DNA of 64,000 nucleotides, taken from positions 198,815-262,814 of the forward strand of contig JAGYNB010000001.1 of assembly GCA_018400015.1 (NCBI GenBank), in the 5' to 3' direction. Position numbers and translations under genes: made by a program. The notes beneath the pieces were generated by a model. That model worked only from the letters and a program-made list of their open reading frames with translations. It did no database searches and was not told where the DNA came from. Below are positions 31,471 to 40,815 of the stretch, piece after piece. Source of the DNA: Candidatus Omnitrophota bacterium (GTDB lineage: Bacteria > Omnitrophota > Gorgyraeia > Gygaellales > Gygaellaceae). The first letter of the stretch is position 1, and each line of letters opens with the position of its first letter.

Positions 31471-32739
31471 ATGCTAGATATAAGATTTATTGCAGAAAAT
31501 AAGAAGCTTGTTGAAAAGTCTCTGAAGGATAGAAACGTTAAGATTGATCTTGATTATATCTTGGAGCTTAATGAAAAACGCAAGAAAGTGCTTGCGGAGT
31601 TGGATGAGTTGCGCAGGAAGCAGAATTTGGCTAATGATGAGATTACAAATCTGCTTAAAGAAAAAAAAGACGCAAAAGAGACTATTGCTTCTATGAAGGC
31701 GATTTCCCATGCAAAAGACAAGCTTGAGGATGAATCTAAAAATATAATCAGCGTATTGAATAAACTGCTTTTGACTGTTCCTAATTTGCCGGATTTATCA
31801 GTTCCCGCAGGAACCGCTGAACTAAATAAAATAATTAGAACTGAAGCAGAGAAGAGAAAGTTCGATTTTAAACCAATAACACATATTGAGTTAAGCGAAC
31901 AGCTTGGTGTTATTGATTTTGCCAGGGCAGCAAAATTAACTGGTTCAAATTTTGTTCTTTTTAAAGGCTGGGGAGCAAGGCTGGAGAGAGCTTTAATAAA
32001 TTTTATGCTGGATTTTCATCAACAGCATCATGGTTATAAGGAGGTAAATGTACCGTTTCTCGTAAATGCCGATTCCATGACCGGGACCGGGCAGCTTCCC
32101 AAGATGGAAGAGGATATGTATGCCTTAAAAGAAGACGGATTGTATTTAATACCTACCGCAGAAGTTCCGATTACCAATATCCACCGCAATGAAATTTTAG
32201 ATGAGGAAGCTCTTCCAATTTACTATATGGGTTATTCGGCATGTTTTCGAAGAGAGGCAGGTTCATACGGCAAAGATACCCGCGGGTTATCGAGAGTGCA
32301 TCAGTTTGATAAGGTGGAGCTGGTAAAATTCGTAAAGCCCGCTGATTCTTATAAAGAACTGGAAAGTCTTGTTAATAACGCAGAGGCGATTCTCAAAGTG
32401 CTGGAGTTACCCTACAGGGTGGTGTTATTGTCTACCCAGGATTTGAGTTTTGCATCAAGCAAGACCTATGATTTGGAGATTTATGCTTCAGGAATGGATA
32501 AGTGGCTTGAGGTATCAAGCTGCAGTAATTTTGAGAGTTTTCAGGCAAGGCGGGCGAATATCCGCTTTAGAGAAAAAGAGACTAAGAAACTCCAATACGT
32601 GCATACATTAAATGGCTCCGGAGTTGCCTTGCCGCGGCTTGTGATTGCGATTATGGAAAACTATCAGAATTCAGACGGCAGTATCACTATTCCGGAGGTT
32701 TTAAGAAAATATCTGGATGGACAAACAAAAATTAGCTAG
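31471..32739 (+). CDS. serS: seryl-tRNA synthetase
   Basis: An N-terminal coiled-coil arm is followed by a class II aaRS core (motifs 2 and 3; FRREAGS, GSGVALPR). Confidence 0.9.
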   Translation: MLDIRFIAENKKLVEKSLKDRNVKIDLDYILELNEKRKKVLAELDELRRKQNLANDEITNLLKEKKDAKETIASMKAISHAKDKLEDESKNIISVLNKLLLTVPNLPDLSVPAGTAELNKIIRTEAEKRKFDFKPITHIELSEQLGVIDFARAAKLTGSNFVLFKGWGARLERALINFMLDFHQQHHGYKEVNVPFLVNADSMTGTGQLPKMEEDMYALKEDGLYLIPTAEVPITNIHRNEILDEEALPIYYMGYSACFRREAGSYGKDTRGLSRVHQFDKVELVKFVKPADSYKELESLVNNAEAILKVLELPYRVVLLSTQDLSFASSKTYDLEIYASGMDKWLEVSSCSNFESFQARRANIRFREKETKKLQYVHTLNGSGVALPRLVIAIMENYQNSDGSITIPEVLRKYLDGQTKIS

Positions 32740-33337
32740 AATATTTTTAAATACATTGAAGCTTGTTTTGGGGTTGTTGGTTGTCCCTTTTGTGATAAGT
32801 GTATCAATAGTTTTTATAAAAAGTATTGCTCAAATAGATAGCACTGCCTTAAGTTATTTTATAAACGGAATGGTGTTTTTTTTGGTTCTGTATTTATTTA
32901 TATATGAACCAAGGTTTTTTTACAGAAAAGGACAGCATTTTTTAGAGGTAATTTTCCGATTTTTTGCACCGCTTGTAAAGACTGCTCCTTATGTTCTGCC
33001 GATATATGTGGTTATTTTCGGTATGCTCTATTTTGTCTTGAGGTTGTTCAGTGATTCTGTTTATATTTTGTATTACTCGCTTTTTTTATGCAGTTTTTCA
33101 CTTTTAATGCATCTAAGTTTTAGTGCAAGGATTCTCAGGCCAAAGAGAATTGAATACGGCAATATTGCTAATTATATTTTTGCGATTTCAATAATATATG
33201 TTGTAAATATCCTGGTTTTTGGTAGTATACTTAATTTTATGTTTGATTCGTTTTCATTCGTTGAGTTGTTTAACAACTCCACAGGTTTAACTAAGTCAAT
33301 TTATTTGAGTATTTTTAAGCAGTTGTTTGTCAGTTAG
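32717..33337 (+). CDS. polytopic membrane protein, unknown function
   Basis: 206-aa ORF made up mostly of hydrophobic helices. Confidence 0.35.
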   Translation: MDKQKLARIFLNTLKLVLGLLVVPFVISVSIVFIKSIAQIDSTALSYFINGMVFFLVLYLFIYEPRFFYRKGQHFLEVIFRFFAPLVKTAPYVLPIYVVIFGMLYFVLRLFSDSVYILYYSLFLCSFSLLMHLSFSARILRPKRIEYGNIANYIFAISIIYVVNILVFGSILNFMFDSFSFVELFNNSTGLTKSIYLSIFKQLFVS

Positions 33338-33342
33338 GGTTT

Positions 33343-33430
33343 GGAGGAGTGGCAGAGTGGTCGAATGCGGCGGTCTTGAAAACCGTTGAGGCGCAAGTCT
33401 CCAGGGGTTCGAATCCTCTCTCCTCCGCCA
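33343..33430 (+). tRNA. tRNA-Ser (anticodon UGA)
   Basis: Hand-folded. Acceptor ggaggag/ctcctcc, anticodon loop cttgaaa, long variable arm, encoded CCA. Confidence 0.85.
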
Positions 33431-33456
33431 TTATTTAAAAAAAAGGAGGGATAAGC

Positions 33457-33735
33457 ATGGAAGAATTGACGATCTTTGATTTTATGAAGGATTTTGTTCT
33501 TTGGATCAGCCCGGTTGTGTTTGCAGTGGGTGCGCTTCTTATTTTATCTCCTAAGATATTCGGCAAAATAGAAGGTTCTTTAGGCAAGGAAATCGGCGGG
33601 ATTAAAAGAAGAGTTGTTCCTAAATTGGAGATGAATATTGAGAGTTTTCAGAACTGGATGTTGAAGAAAAACAATCTTGTCGGTCTTATTTTGGTAGTTT
33701 TGTCTTTTGTTTTCTTTCTGCTGCTTAAAAAGTAG
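33457..33735 (+). CDS. small membrane protein, possibly TatA/TatB-like
   Basis: 92-aa ORF lying between the tRNA-Ser genes. It has a TM helix followed by an amphipathic segment (FGKIEGSLGKEIGGIKRR). A GGAGG RBS is present. Confidence 0.3.
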   Translation: MEELTIFDFMKDFVLWISPVVFAVGALLILSPKIFGKIEGSLGKEIGGIKRRVVPKLEMNIESFQNWMLKKNNLVGLILVVLSFVFFLLLKK

Positions 33736-33745
33736 TCTTTTCACT

Positions 33746-33833
33746 GGAGAGATGCCAGAGTGGTCGAATGGGCCTGTCTCGAAAACAGGTAGGTGCTTAT
33801 AGTGCCTCGCAGGTTCAAATCCTGCTCTCTCCG
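33746..33833 (+). tRNA. tRNA-Ser (anticodon CGA)
   Basis: Hand-folded. Acceptor ggagaga/tctctcc, anticodon stem cctgt/acagg, loop ctcgaaa, long variable arm. Confidence 0.85.
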
Positions 33834-33850
33834 AAAAACATAAAATTCAT

Positions 33851-33939
33851 GGAGAGGTCGCGTAGCCCGGTTTAGCGCGCACGCCTGGAGAGCGTGTGAC
33901 TCACAAGGTCCGAGGGTTCGAATCCCTCCCTCTCCGCCA
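33851..33939 (+). tRNA. tRNA-Ser (anticodon GGA)
   Basis: Hand-folded. Acceptor ggagagg/cctctcc, anticodon stem cacgc/gcgtg, loop ctggaga, long variable arm, encoded CCA. Confidence 0.85.
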
Positions 33940-34036
33940 GTTTTTAGAGTTAACCCTTTCTTCGATAGCCGTATGTAATTTTGGTTTAAACAGATGGTTT
34001 CTTTTGAACTTTTTATACATTTATAAGGGGTAAAAT

Positions 34037-34993
34037 ATGTTTAGATTTTTTGTTATTTTTGCGTTGTTGTTTTTTATCTGTCAGGTATCGGTTGCTGGAA
34101 CGTTTCGTGAAAAAATCCGGGAACGTATTAAAAAACGCCATGTTCAACAAGTGCAGGATGAAATGCTTGAGGATGGCGGCGATTGCGGATACCATTCGCC
34201 ATTGCCGGCTGGTGTCCGGGTCGAGCGCGATATTGCTTACGGAAGTGATAAGAAGCAGAAATTCGATGTATATATTCCCGTACAAGCCAAGGTTGCACCG
34301 GTAATATTTATGGTTCATGGCGGAGCTTGGAGTATGGGCGATAAGGCGATACAACGGGTTGTTAAAAATAAGGTAGCGCGTTGGGTGCCCAAAGGGTTTA
34401 TTTTTATTTCTATTAATTATCGTCTTTTGCCCGATGCCGGTCCTCTTGAGCAGGCCAGAGATGTTGTTCGTGCTGTAAGTGTTGCTCAGGATAAGGCTGA
34501 ATCGTGGGGAGGAGATAGTAGTAAATTTATTTTAATGGGACATTCAGCTGGTGCTCATTTGGTTGCGCTTCTTGCGACAGACCGCTCGCTTTCAGCGGGT
34601 ATTGTTAAGAAGCCGTGGCTGGGTACTGTTGCTCTTGATAGTGCAGCCTATGATGTTGTTAAAATTATGGAGAAGCGTCATTTTCCTTTATATGACAAAG
34701 CGTTTGGTAGCGATAAACAATATTGGAAAGTGGCATCGCCTTTTTATTCATTAACAAAAGAAACTATGCCTATTCTTGCTGTTTGTTCTAGCCGTCGGGA
34801 TGATTCTACTGCCCAAGCTCGTCAGTTTGCCAAAAAAGCGGTATCTTTGGGAGTTGTTGTGAACGTTTTAGAAAAGGATCTTTCCCATGGTGAAATTAAT
34901 TCTCTTCTGGGGGAAGACAAGGTTTATACCGAAGAGGTCGAGGCGTTTATGGCTAGCCTTAACGAGTTGGTAGCGAATATGTTGCTTGAATGA
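34037..34993 (+). CDS. secreted alpha/beta-hydrolase (esterase/lipase; HGGG and GxSxG motifs)
   Basis: A signal peptide is present, along with FMVHGGAW and MGHSAGAH motifs. Local GC content and codon usage are visibly higher than in the surroundings. Confidence 0.75.
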   Translation: MFRFFVIFALLFFICQVSVAGTFREKIRERIKKRHVQQVQDEMLEDGGDCGYHSPLPAGVRVERDIAYGSDKKQKFDVYIPVQAKVAPVIFMVHGGAWSMGDKAIQRVVKNKVARWVPKGFIFISINYRLLPDAGPLEQARDVVRAVSVAQDKAESWGGDSSKFILMGHSAGAHLVALLATDRSLSAGIVKKPWLGTVALDSAAYDVVKIMEKRHFPLYDKAFGSDKQYWKVASPFYSLTKETMPILAVCSSRRDDSTAQARQFAKKAVSLGVVVNVLEKDLSHGEINSLLGEDKVYTEEVEAFMASLNELVANMLLE

Positions 34994-35143
34994 CAAGGAA
35001 CCATCTTGTTGATGTTATGCTATTTTAAAGGTTTTTGTTTGTAGTGTTGTGATAAAATACCGTTATTTTTTATATGCAATCAAAATATATAAAAATATAA
35101 TAGCTGTATACAGTTTTATTTAATAGTGATATTATGAGGATTA

Positions 35144-36391
35144 ATGAAGAAAACAGTACATAATTCAAATGTTTCTTTTTACGGGCTTGGCATTGCTCCA
35201 AAGATACTAGATATCTTGGATCGCATGAAATTTACGACTCCTACGCCGATTCAACATAAAGCCCTGCCGATTGCTATAGAAAACAAGGATATTATCGGAA
35301 TTGCCCAGACCGGTACAGGTAAAACGCTTGCTTTTGCTATTCCGGTTATTCAGCGCCTATCACAAAAAAATGGCCGGGCGTTGATTCTTGTGCCAACTAG
35401 AGAATTGGCTATTCAGGTTAATGAGACTTTTCAGAAGATCGCTTCGGGTTTTGGCATAAAGACAGCTGTTATTATAGGCGGCGTGTCAATGAATCTTCAG
35501 ATAAAAGCGTTAAGAAAAAACCCGCGTATCCTCATTGCTACTCCAGGACGCCTTGTTGATCATATGCAGCGCAGATCGATTGTTTTATCCGATATAAATG
35601 CTTTGGTTTTAGATGAGGCAGACCGGATGCTGGATATGGGTTTTTTACCGCAGATTGAAAAAATTATTAAATTTATTCCCAAAAACAGGCACACTATGCT
35701 TTTTTCTGCAACTATACCAGGGGCAATAGTTAAGATGGCAACCGCTCATATGAAGTTGCCTATTCATGTTGAAGTTGCCCCCTCAGGAACTGCCGCAGAG
35801 CATATCATTCAGGAGGTTTTTATTGTTCAAAAAAGTTCAAAACGCCAGCTTTTGGAAAAGCTTCTTCAACAGTATCGTGGCTCTGTGCTTATTTTTTCCA
35901 GGACAAAAATAGGTGCAAAAAAGATTACAAGACATCTGCAGCAAATTAACCACAGGGCCGCTGAGATTCATTCAAACCGATCGCTTGCCCAGAGAAGGGA
36001 AGCTCTTGAAGGTTTTAAAACAGGAAAGTACAGGATACTTGTTGCGACAGATATAGCCGCAAGGGGTATTGATGTTAGAGGTATCGAACTTGTTATAAAC
36101 TATGATCTGCCTGATGATACCGAAAATTATGTACACCGTATTGGCCGGACAGGACGCGCAGGGCATGAAGGTCGTGCGATTTCTTTTGCTACTCCTGAAC
36201 AGGGAAGCGACATAAGAAGCATTGAAAGGCTTATCAATGCTGCTTTGTCGATAGTAGAACATCCTGATTTTCCAAAAGAAGAATTTATTAAATCGTCAGG
36301 ACATTTAAAAGGTGCAAGACTGTATCAGGGAAAACGCAGAAAACACAGTTCTTTAAGAAACAGGCGTCGTAAATACTACCGCAATAAGTAG
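35144..36391 (+). CDS. DEAD-box ATP-dependent RNA helicase (RhlE-like)
   Basis: Q-motif, AQTGTGKT, DEAD, SAT and HRIGRTGR motifs are present, along with a basic C-terminal tail. Confidence 0.9.
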   Translation: MKKTVHNSNVSFYGLGIAPKILDILDRMKFTTPTPIQHKALPIAIENKDIIGIAQTGTGKTLAFAIPVIQRLSQKNGRALILVPTRELAIQVNETFQKIASGFGIKTAVIIGGVSMNLQIKALRKNPRILIATPGRLVDHMQRRSIVLSDINALVLDEADRMLDMGFLPQIEKIIKFIPKNRHTMLFSATIPGAIVKMATAHMKLPIHVEVAPSGTAAEHIIQEVFIVQKSSKRQLLEKLLQQYRGSVLIFSRTKIGAKKITRHLQQINHRAAEIHSNRSLAQRREALEGFKTGKYRILVATDIAARGIDVRGIELVINYDLPDDTENYVHRIGRTGRAGHEGRAISFATPEQGSDIRSIERLINAALSIVEHPDFPKEEFIKSSGHLKGARLYQGKRRKHSSLRNRRRKYYRNK

Positions 36392-36479
36392 GATACGAGT
36401 AATCAGCTTAGTGTATAACCCTCCTTGAATCGTTAGATAATTTGAAAGAATATATTGGTTAATGGTATAATAAATATAT

Positions 36480-36752
36480 ATGAAAAGATCGGATTTTAAG
36501 AAGCTAAATTCCGGTTTTGCGGGGATACTAGGAATTATTATTACCTTAGCAATAATCTGCGTTATTGTTCTGGTAGTGTTTAAAGATAAAAATGACGGTA
36601 TTGTTAATAAGCAGATTAAAAATGACTTATCAAAGGAAGGGATAAACACTGCTACTTATAAGACAACCATTGATTCTACAAGGCAGAAAATAAATGTGGT
36701 TAATAAAGATTACAGTGATCGTTTAAAACAATTGGATGATTTGAATAAATAG
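36480..36752 (+). CDS. small membrane-anchored protein
   Basis: 90-aa ORF with one TM helix. Confidence 0.3.
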   Translation: MKRSDFKKLNSGFAGILGIIITLAIICVIVLVVFKDKNDGIVNKQIKNDLSKEGINTATYKTTIDSTRQKINVVNKDYSDRLKQLDDLNK

Positions 36753-36767
36753 TACTAAAAATATTTA

Positions 36768-37307
36768 ATGAAGAAAATATTTTTGTTTATGTTTTGTTTT
36801 GGTTTTTTTTCAATAGGCGTTTGTTTTTCTCAAGATGCAACCACAGGCGCAACCCCGCCATATAAAAAGCCGCTTTTAGATATAAAAATTACCACTGATA
36901 AAGAGTTTTATTCTGTTAACGATTCGATAAAAGTTACTGTTTTCAATAATATCGATGAAAGTATATATTCTCATGCATGTAGCTTGACACCTACTTTTTG
37001 TATTAACCATATCGGTTCTTTTGACGGATTAAAGTATTATGCTTATTGCGATTATCCGGATTGTGTGTATGATATTGATGTGCCTTGTGAGATAAAACCC
37101 GGTGAAAGTGTCCAGTTTCCCTGGCAGCCGCGATATTACGATACAGTAAAAAAACAAATGCTTGATTTAAATCCCGGTGATTATTGTTTGGTTATTTCTT
37201 ATCAGATAAAAGATACTCGCGATAGTTCTAAATGGCAATGGTTGTTTCAGAATTCGAATAAATTCACCATTTTGGAAGAATCTTTGGAAGATGTGTTAAT
37301 TAATTGA
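36768..37307 (+). CDS. Cys-rich secreted protein
   Basis: A signal peptide is present. About eight Cys residues lie in the mature part. Confidence 0.35.
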   Translation: MKKIFLFMFCFGFFSIGVCFSQDATTGATPPYKKPLLDIKITTDKEFYSVNDSIKVTVFNNIDESIYSHACSLTPTFCINHIGSFDGLKYYAYCDYPDCVYDIDVPCEIKPGESVQFPWQPRYYDTVKKQMLDLNPGDYCLVISYQIKDTRDSSKWQWLFQNSNKFTILEESLEDVLIN

Positions 37308-37362
37308 CAATTGATTCTAGCTGATGTAATATACCTTTCACTGATTTTGAGAAGATACACTT

Positions 37363-37436
37363 GCGCCTGTAGCTCAATTGGATAGAGCATCAGCCTACGG
37401 AGCTGGTTGTTGCAGGTTCGAATCCTGCCAGGCGCA
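37363..37436 (+). tRNA. tRNA-Arg (anticodon ACG)
   Basis: Hand-folded. Acceptor gcgcctg/caggcgc, anticodon stem tcagc/gctgg, loop ctacgga. No encoded CCA. Confidence 0.9.
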
Positions 37437-37449
37437 TAAAAATATTTTC

Positions 37450-37914
37450 ATGATTAGTTCTCACCAAAAATTCATGCAACTGGCTTTAAAAGAAGCAGTT
37501 AGGGCTTTCGAAGAAGACGAAGTTCCTGTTGGAGCAGTGGTTGTTTATAAAGATAGAGTCATTGCCAAAGCTTATAATCAGGTGGAACGCCTTCAAGACC
37601 CAACCGCTCATGCTGAGATGATCGCCATTACCCAGGCAAGTCATTTCCTAAACTGCAAATGGTTGAATGATTGCACGCTTTATGTTACAATTGAGCCTTG
37701 CCCGATGTGTGCGGGAGCTTTAGTGTTAGCGCGGGTAAAAAACTTAGTTTTTGGTGCGGTTGATGTCAAATCCGGCGCTTGCGGTTCGGTGACTGATATT
37801 GCTAATAATAAAAAGCTTAATCATCGTATTAAAGTTAGCAAAGGCGTTTTAGAAGAAGAAGCAAAAGGTCTTTTACAGGAATTTTTCAGAAAAAAAAGAA
37901 AAACTAAAGCTTGA
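37450..37914 (+). CDS. tadA: tRNA-specific adenosine-34 deaminase
   Basis: CDA-fold motifs HAE and PCPMCAGA are present. The ORF was trimmed to the ATG at 37450 because the ORF track start at 37378 lies inside the tRNA. Confidence 0.85.
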   Translation: MISSHQKFMQLALKEAVRAFEEDEVPVGAVVVYKDRVIAKAYNQVERLQDPTAHAEMIAITQASHFLNCKWLNDCTLYVTIEPCPMCAGALVLARVKNLVFGAVDVKSGACGSVTDIANNKKLNHRIKVSKGVLEEEAKGLLQEFFRKKRKTKA

Positions 37915-37918
37915 GCTT

Positions 37919-38010
37919 GGAGAGGTGGCTGAGTGGCCGATAGCAGTTGCCTGCTAAGCAATTGGTCCGGGTAACTGGACCCCTGGGTTCGAATCCCAGC
38001 CTCTCCGCCA
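37919..38010 (+). tRNA. tRNA-Ser (anticodon GCU)
   Basis: Hand-folded. Acceptor ggagagg/cctctcc, anticodon stem gttgc/gcaat, loop ctgctaa, long variable arm, encoded CCA. Confidence 0.85.
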
Positions 38011-38022
38011 TAATTAAATTTT

Positions 38023-38652
38023 ATGAAAAAAATAAAAATTATATTACTTTTTGCAATATTTTTGTTTGCATCTTCAGTTTGTTTTGCTGGCTGGTCAAAG
38101 CCGGTTTATAAGATAGACTCCGGTTACAGCTATGATTTTAGACATCCGGATAAGGATTTTTATTTTGTATCTGGAGAGGCGCGTTTTAAAAAAGAGGATG
38201 TTTTTGAAGGCATTGATATTATTATCAAGCCGTTTGTTAATTTTAACTGGAACCAGGACAGGAATATCTGGGAGCGCAAGGAATTGGCAGTCGCAGTTGA
38301 TGTTCCTTTGACCAGTTGGTTTACTTTGACACAGGACTTGCGCGCAACATGGTATAAGGAAGATATGCGCGATTACGGCAGTATTGAAAAAGAATACTTT
38401 ACAGAAAGCGCAACGACATTAATGTTTAAAAAAGTTTTATTGGATAATTTAGATTTTAAGCTGGAAGGGTTTTTTAGCAACGTATATTTGTTTAATTTAG
38501 ATAAACAAGAAGCTACGCGTAACGAACTGTGTGTTGGTTTAGTATTGCCGGTTAATGAGCATTTTAAATCACAAATTGACTGGCGCCATATCGATAGGAT
38601 TCATTATTACGATTCAGATACTTTAGAGGCAATTCTAACTTGGGAATTTTAA
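38023..38652 (+). CDS. outer-membrane beta-barrel-like exported protein
   Basis: A signal peptide is present. The C-terminal aromatic residue (…TWEF) and an alternating hydrophobic pattern point to an OMP. Confidence 0.4.
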   Translation: MKKIKIILLFAIFLFASSVCFAGWSKPVYKIDSGYSYDFRHPDKDFYFVSGEARFKKEDVFEGIDIIIKPFVNFNWNQDRNIWERKELAVAVDVPLTSWFTLTQDLRATWYKEDMRDYGSIEKEYFTESATTLMFKKVLLDNLDFKLEGFFSNVYLFNLDKQEATRNELCVGLVLPVNEHFKSQIDWRHIDRIHYYDSDTLEAILTWEF

Positions 38653-38653
38653 T

Positions 38654-40216
38654 ATGTCTTATGTAGTCTTTGCCAGAAAATGGCGCCCCCAGATTTTTGA
38701 TCAGGTTATCGGCCAGGATGAAGTGGTAAAGCGGCTTAAGAACGCAATTACCCAAAACCGCCTGGGGCATGCATTTTTGTTTGCCGGTCCGCATGGCGTG
38801 GGGAAAACTTCCACTGCAAGAATACTTGCCAAGTCTTTGAATTGCTTGAAAAACGGCCCATCGGTAACGCCGTGTGGAGAATGTGCATCGTGCAAGGAGA
38901 TAACAGAAGGAAGAAGTTTGGACGTCATTGAAATAGACGGCGCTTCCAATAGAGGTATTGATGAGATACGTTCTCTTAGAGAACATGTTAAGTTTGCGCC
39001 CACACGCTCAAAGTTCAAGATATATATAATTGATGAAGTGCACCAGATCACTCCTGATGGGTTTAATGCGCTTTTAAAAACCTTGGAAGAGCCGCCTGAA
39101 TTTGTAAAGTTTATTTTTGCTACGACCCATGCGCATAAGGTTATTCCCACAATACTTTCACGCTGCCAGCGTTTTAATTTTAGGAAGATCCCTGTTTTAA
39201 AGATAATCGAGCAGCTTAAAGTTATCTCTAGGGAGGAAAAACTATCTGTTGAAGAATCGGTATTTTTATCAATCGCTAAAGCCTCAGAAGGCGCATTAAG
39301 AGATGCTGAGTCAATGCTTGATGAGTTGATTACGTTTTCAAAGAATAAGATAAGTCTAAACGATATAATCGCAGTTTTAGGAATAATCGATCAGGAGTTT
39401 TTATTTGAAATGACTGATTTTATAGTTGATAAAAAACCGATTGATGCTGTAAAGTTATTAGATAATGCAATCGAGCAGGGCAAGGATATTTCAACAATTA
39501 TAAATAATTTGATCGAGCATTATAGGAATCTTCTTGTTGTAAAATTAGATGATAAATATGATGCGCAGCTTATTGACCTGCCGCAGGAATCTTTTAAGAG
39601 ATTGTCAGAACAGAGTAAAAAACTCAGTTTGAAAGCGATATTTGCTTCCTTTAGCGCTTTAATGGGAGTAAGCGAGGCTGCAAGAAAGCTGCTTAATTTT
39701 AAGATCCCGCTTGAACTTGTCATACTAAGGCTATCAACGCCGGCTGAATTGCCGATAAGCGTCAAGGATAATAGTTCTCTGCAAGAAAAAGCAAAAAAAG
39801 AAGAAAAACCTATTTCGGTAAATGCTTCAAAAGAGCCCAACCCCCAAGAGGAAAAACAACCTAAACCCATAAAGAACTTAATCGAGATAGGCCGGGTAAA
39901 AGAATTATGGCCGAACATATTAGAGGGTGTGAGTAAAATTAAAGTTTATATTATGCATTGTATGGAGAATACTGTGCCGATAAAGATACACAATAATATT
40001 CTGACCTTAGGTTTAAGTAAGAAATTCAGCTTCCATAAAGAAGCTCTTACCAGCCGCGACAATACGGCGTTGATTGAGAAAGTTATAACGGAATTAACCG
40101 GAAGCGATATCAGGTTAAAGTTAGAAATTCTAAAGCATGATCCGCAAGAGGAGCAGGAGCAGGATGAAACAATCAACTCTGCGTTGGATATTTTTAAAGG
40201 CAAAGTGATAGACTAA
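38654..40216 (+). CDS. dnaX: DNA polymerase III subunit gamma/tau
   Basis: An AAA+ clamp-loader fold is indicated by GPHGVGKTS, a Cys4 zinc module CGECASC and the SRC motif. Confidence 0.9.
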   Translation: MSYVVFARKWRPQIFDQVIGQDEVVKRLKNAITQNRLGHAFLFAGPHGVGKTSTARILAKSLNCLKNGPSVTPCGECASCKEITEGRSLDVIEIDGASNRGIDEIRSLREHVKFAPTRSKFKIYIIDEVHQITPDGFNALLKTLEEPPEFVKFIFATTHAHKVIPTILSRCQRFNFRKIPVLKIIEQLKVISREEKLSVEESVFLSIAKASEGALRDAESMLDELITFSKNKISLNDIIAVLGIIDQEFLFEMTDFIVDKKPIDAVKLLDNAIEQGKDISTIINNLIEHYRNLLVVKLDDKYDAQLIDLPQESFKRLSEQSKKLSLKAIFASFSALMGVSEAARKLLNFKIPLELVILRLSTPAELPISVKDNSSLQEKAKKEEKPISVNASKEPNPQEEKQPKPIKNLIEIGRVKELWPNILEGVSKIKVYIMHCMENTVPIKIHNNILTLGLSKKFSFHKEALTSRDNTALIEKVITELTGSDIRLKLEILKHDPQEEQEQDETINSALDIFKGKVID

Positions 40217-40217
40217 A

Positions 40218-40814
40218 ATGAAATATCCTCTTTCTATAGAGCAATTAATAGATTATCTAGTAAAATTCCCAGGCGTAGGAAGGCGAAGCGCAGAGCGAAT
40301 CATCAGCTATATTTTGGATACTTCAAAAGACGATATTGAAAAACTTTCTAATGCTTTAATGAAAGTTAAATCCAGTATTAGGCTGTGCAAGGTTTGTAGC
40401 AACTTAAGCGATGATGAGATGTGTCTTATTTGTAAAAACCCTTCAAGGAATAAAGATGTTATCTGTGTTGTGGAATATCCCAATGATGTTATTGCGATTG
40501 AAAAGACTTCAAGCTACAAGGGCGTGTATCATGTTTTAATGGGTTCAATCTCTCCTTTAGAAGGAAGGGGCCCTGATGACATAAAGATAGAACGGCTTAT
40601 TAATAGAATTAAGACAACCCAGGTAAATGAAATCATTATCGCTACTGGTTCAGATATGGAAGGTGAAACAACGGCAATGTATCTTGTAAAGATGCTAAAA
40701 CCCTTAGAGGTAAAGATCTCAAGAATAGGTTTAGGCATACCTATGGGCAGTAACTTAGAATATATAGACAGCGCTACATTAACTAAGGCTATTGAAACAA
40801 GAAGAGAGTTCTAA
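40218..40814 (+). CDS. recR: recombination protein RecR
   Basis: HhH, Cys4 zinc finger (CKVCSNLSDDEMCLIC) and Toprim motifs are present. Confidence 0.9.
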   Translation: MKYPLSIEQLIDYLVKFPGVGRRSAERIISYILDTSKDDIEKLSNALMKVKSSIRLCKVCSNLSDDEMCLICKNPSRNKDVICVVEYPNDVIAIEKTSSYKGVYHVLMGSISPLEGRGPDDIKIERLINRIKTTQVNEIIIATGSDMEGETTAMYLVKMLKPLEVKISRIGLGIPMGSNLEYIDSATLTKAIETRREF

Positions 40815-40815
40815 T

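Noticed and set aside
34013-34754. ORFs overlapping the esterase gene on both strands (34013-34354 minus, 34050-34304 plus, 34551-34754 plus)
   Set aside because: They are alternative-frame artefacts of a GC-richer region. The esterase frame carries the HGGG and GxSxG motifs and a signal peptide.
36353-36649. 98-aa minus-strand ORF overlapping the 36480-36752 plus-strand ORF
   Set aside because: Both are low-complexity and AT-rich. The minus-strand ORF has no RBS and overlaps the helicase terminator region, so only the plus-strand small ORF is kept, at low confidence.
37378-37449. ORF track start of the tadA gene at 37378 (MDRASAYGAGCC…)
   Set aside because: The first 59 nt coincide with tRNA-Arg(ACG). 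The conserved deaminase begins at the Met encoded at 37450, so the N-terminal extension is spurious.
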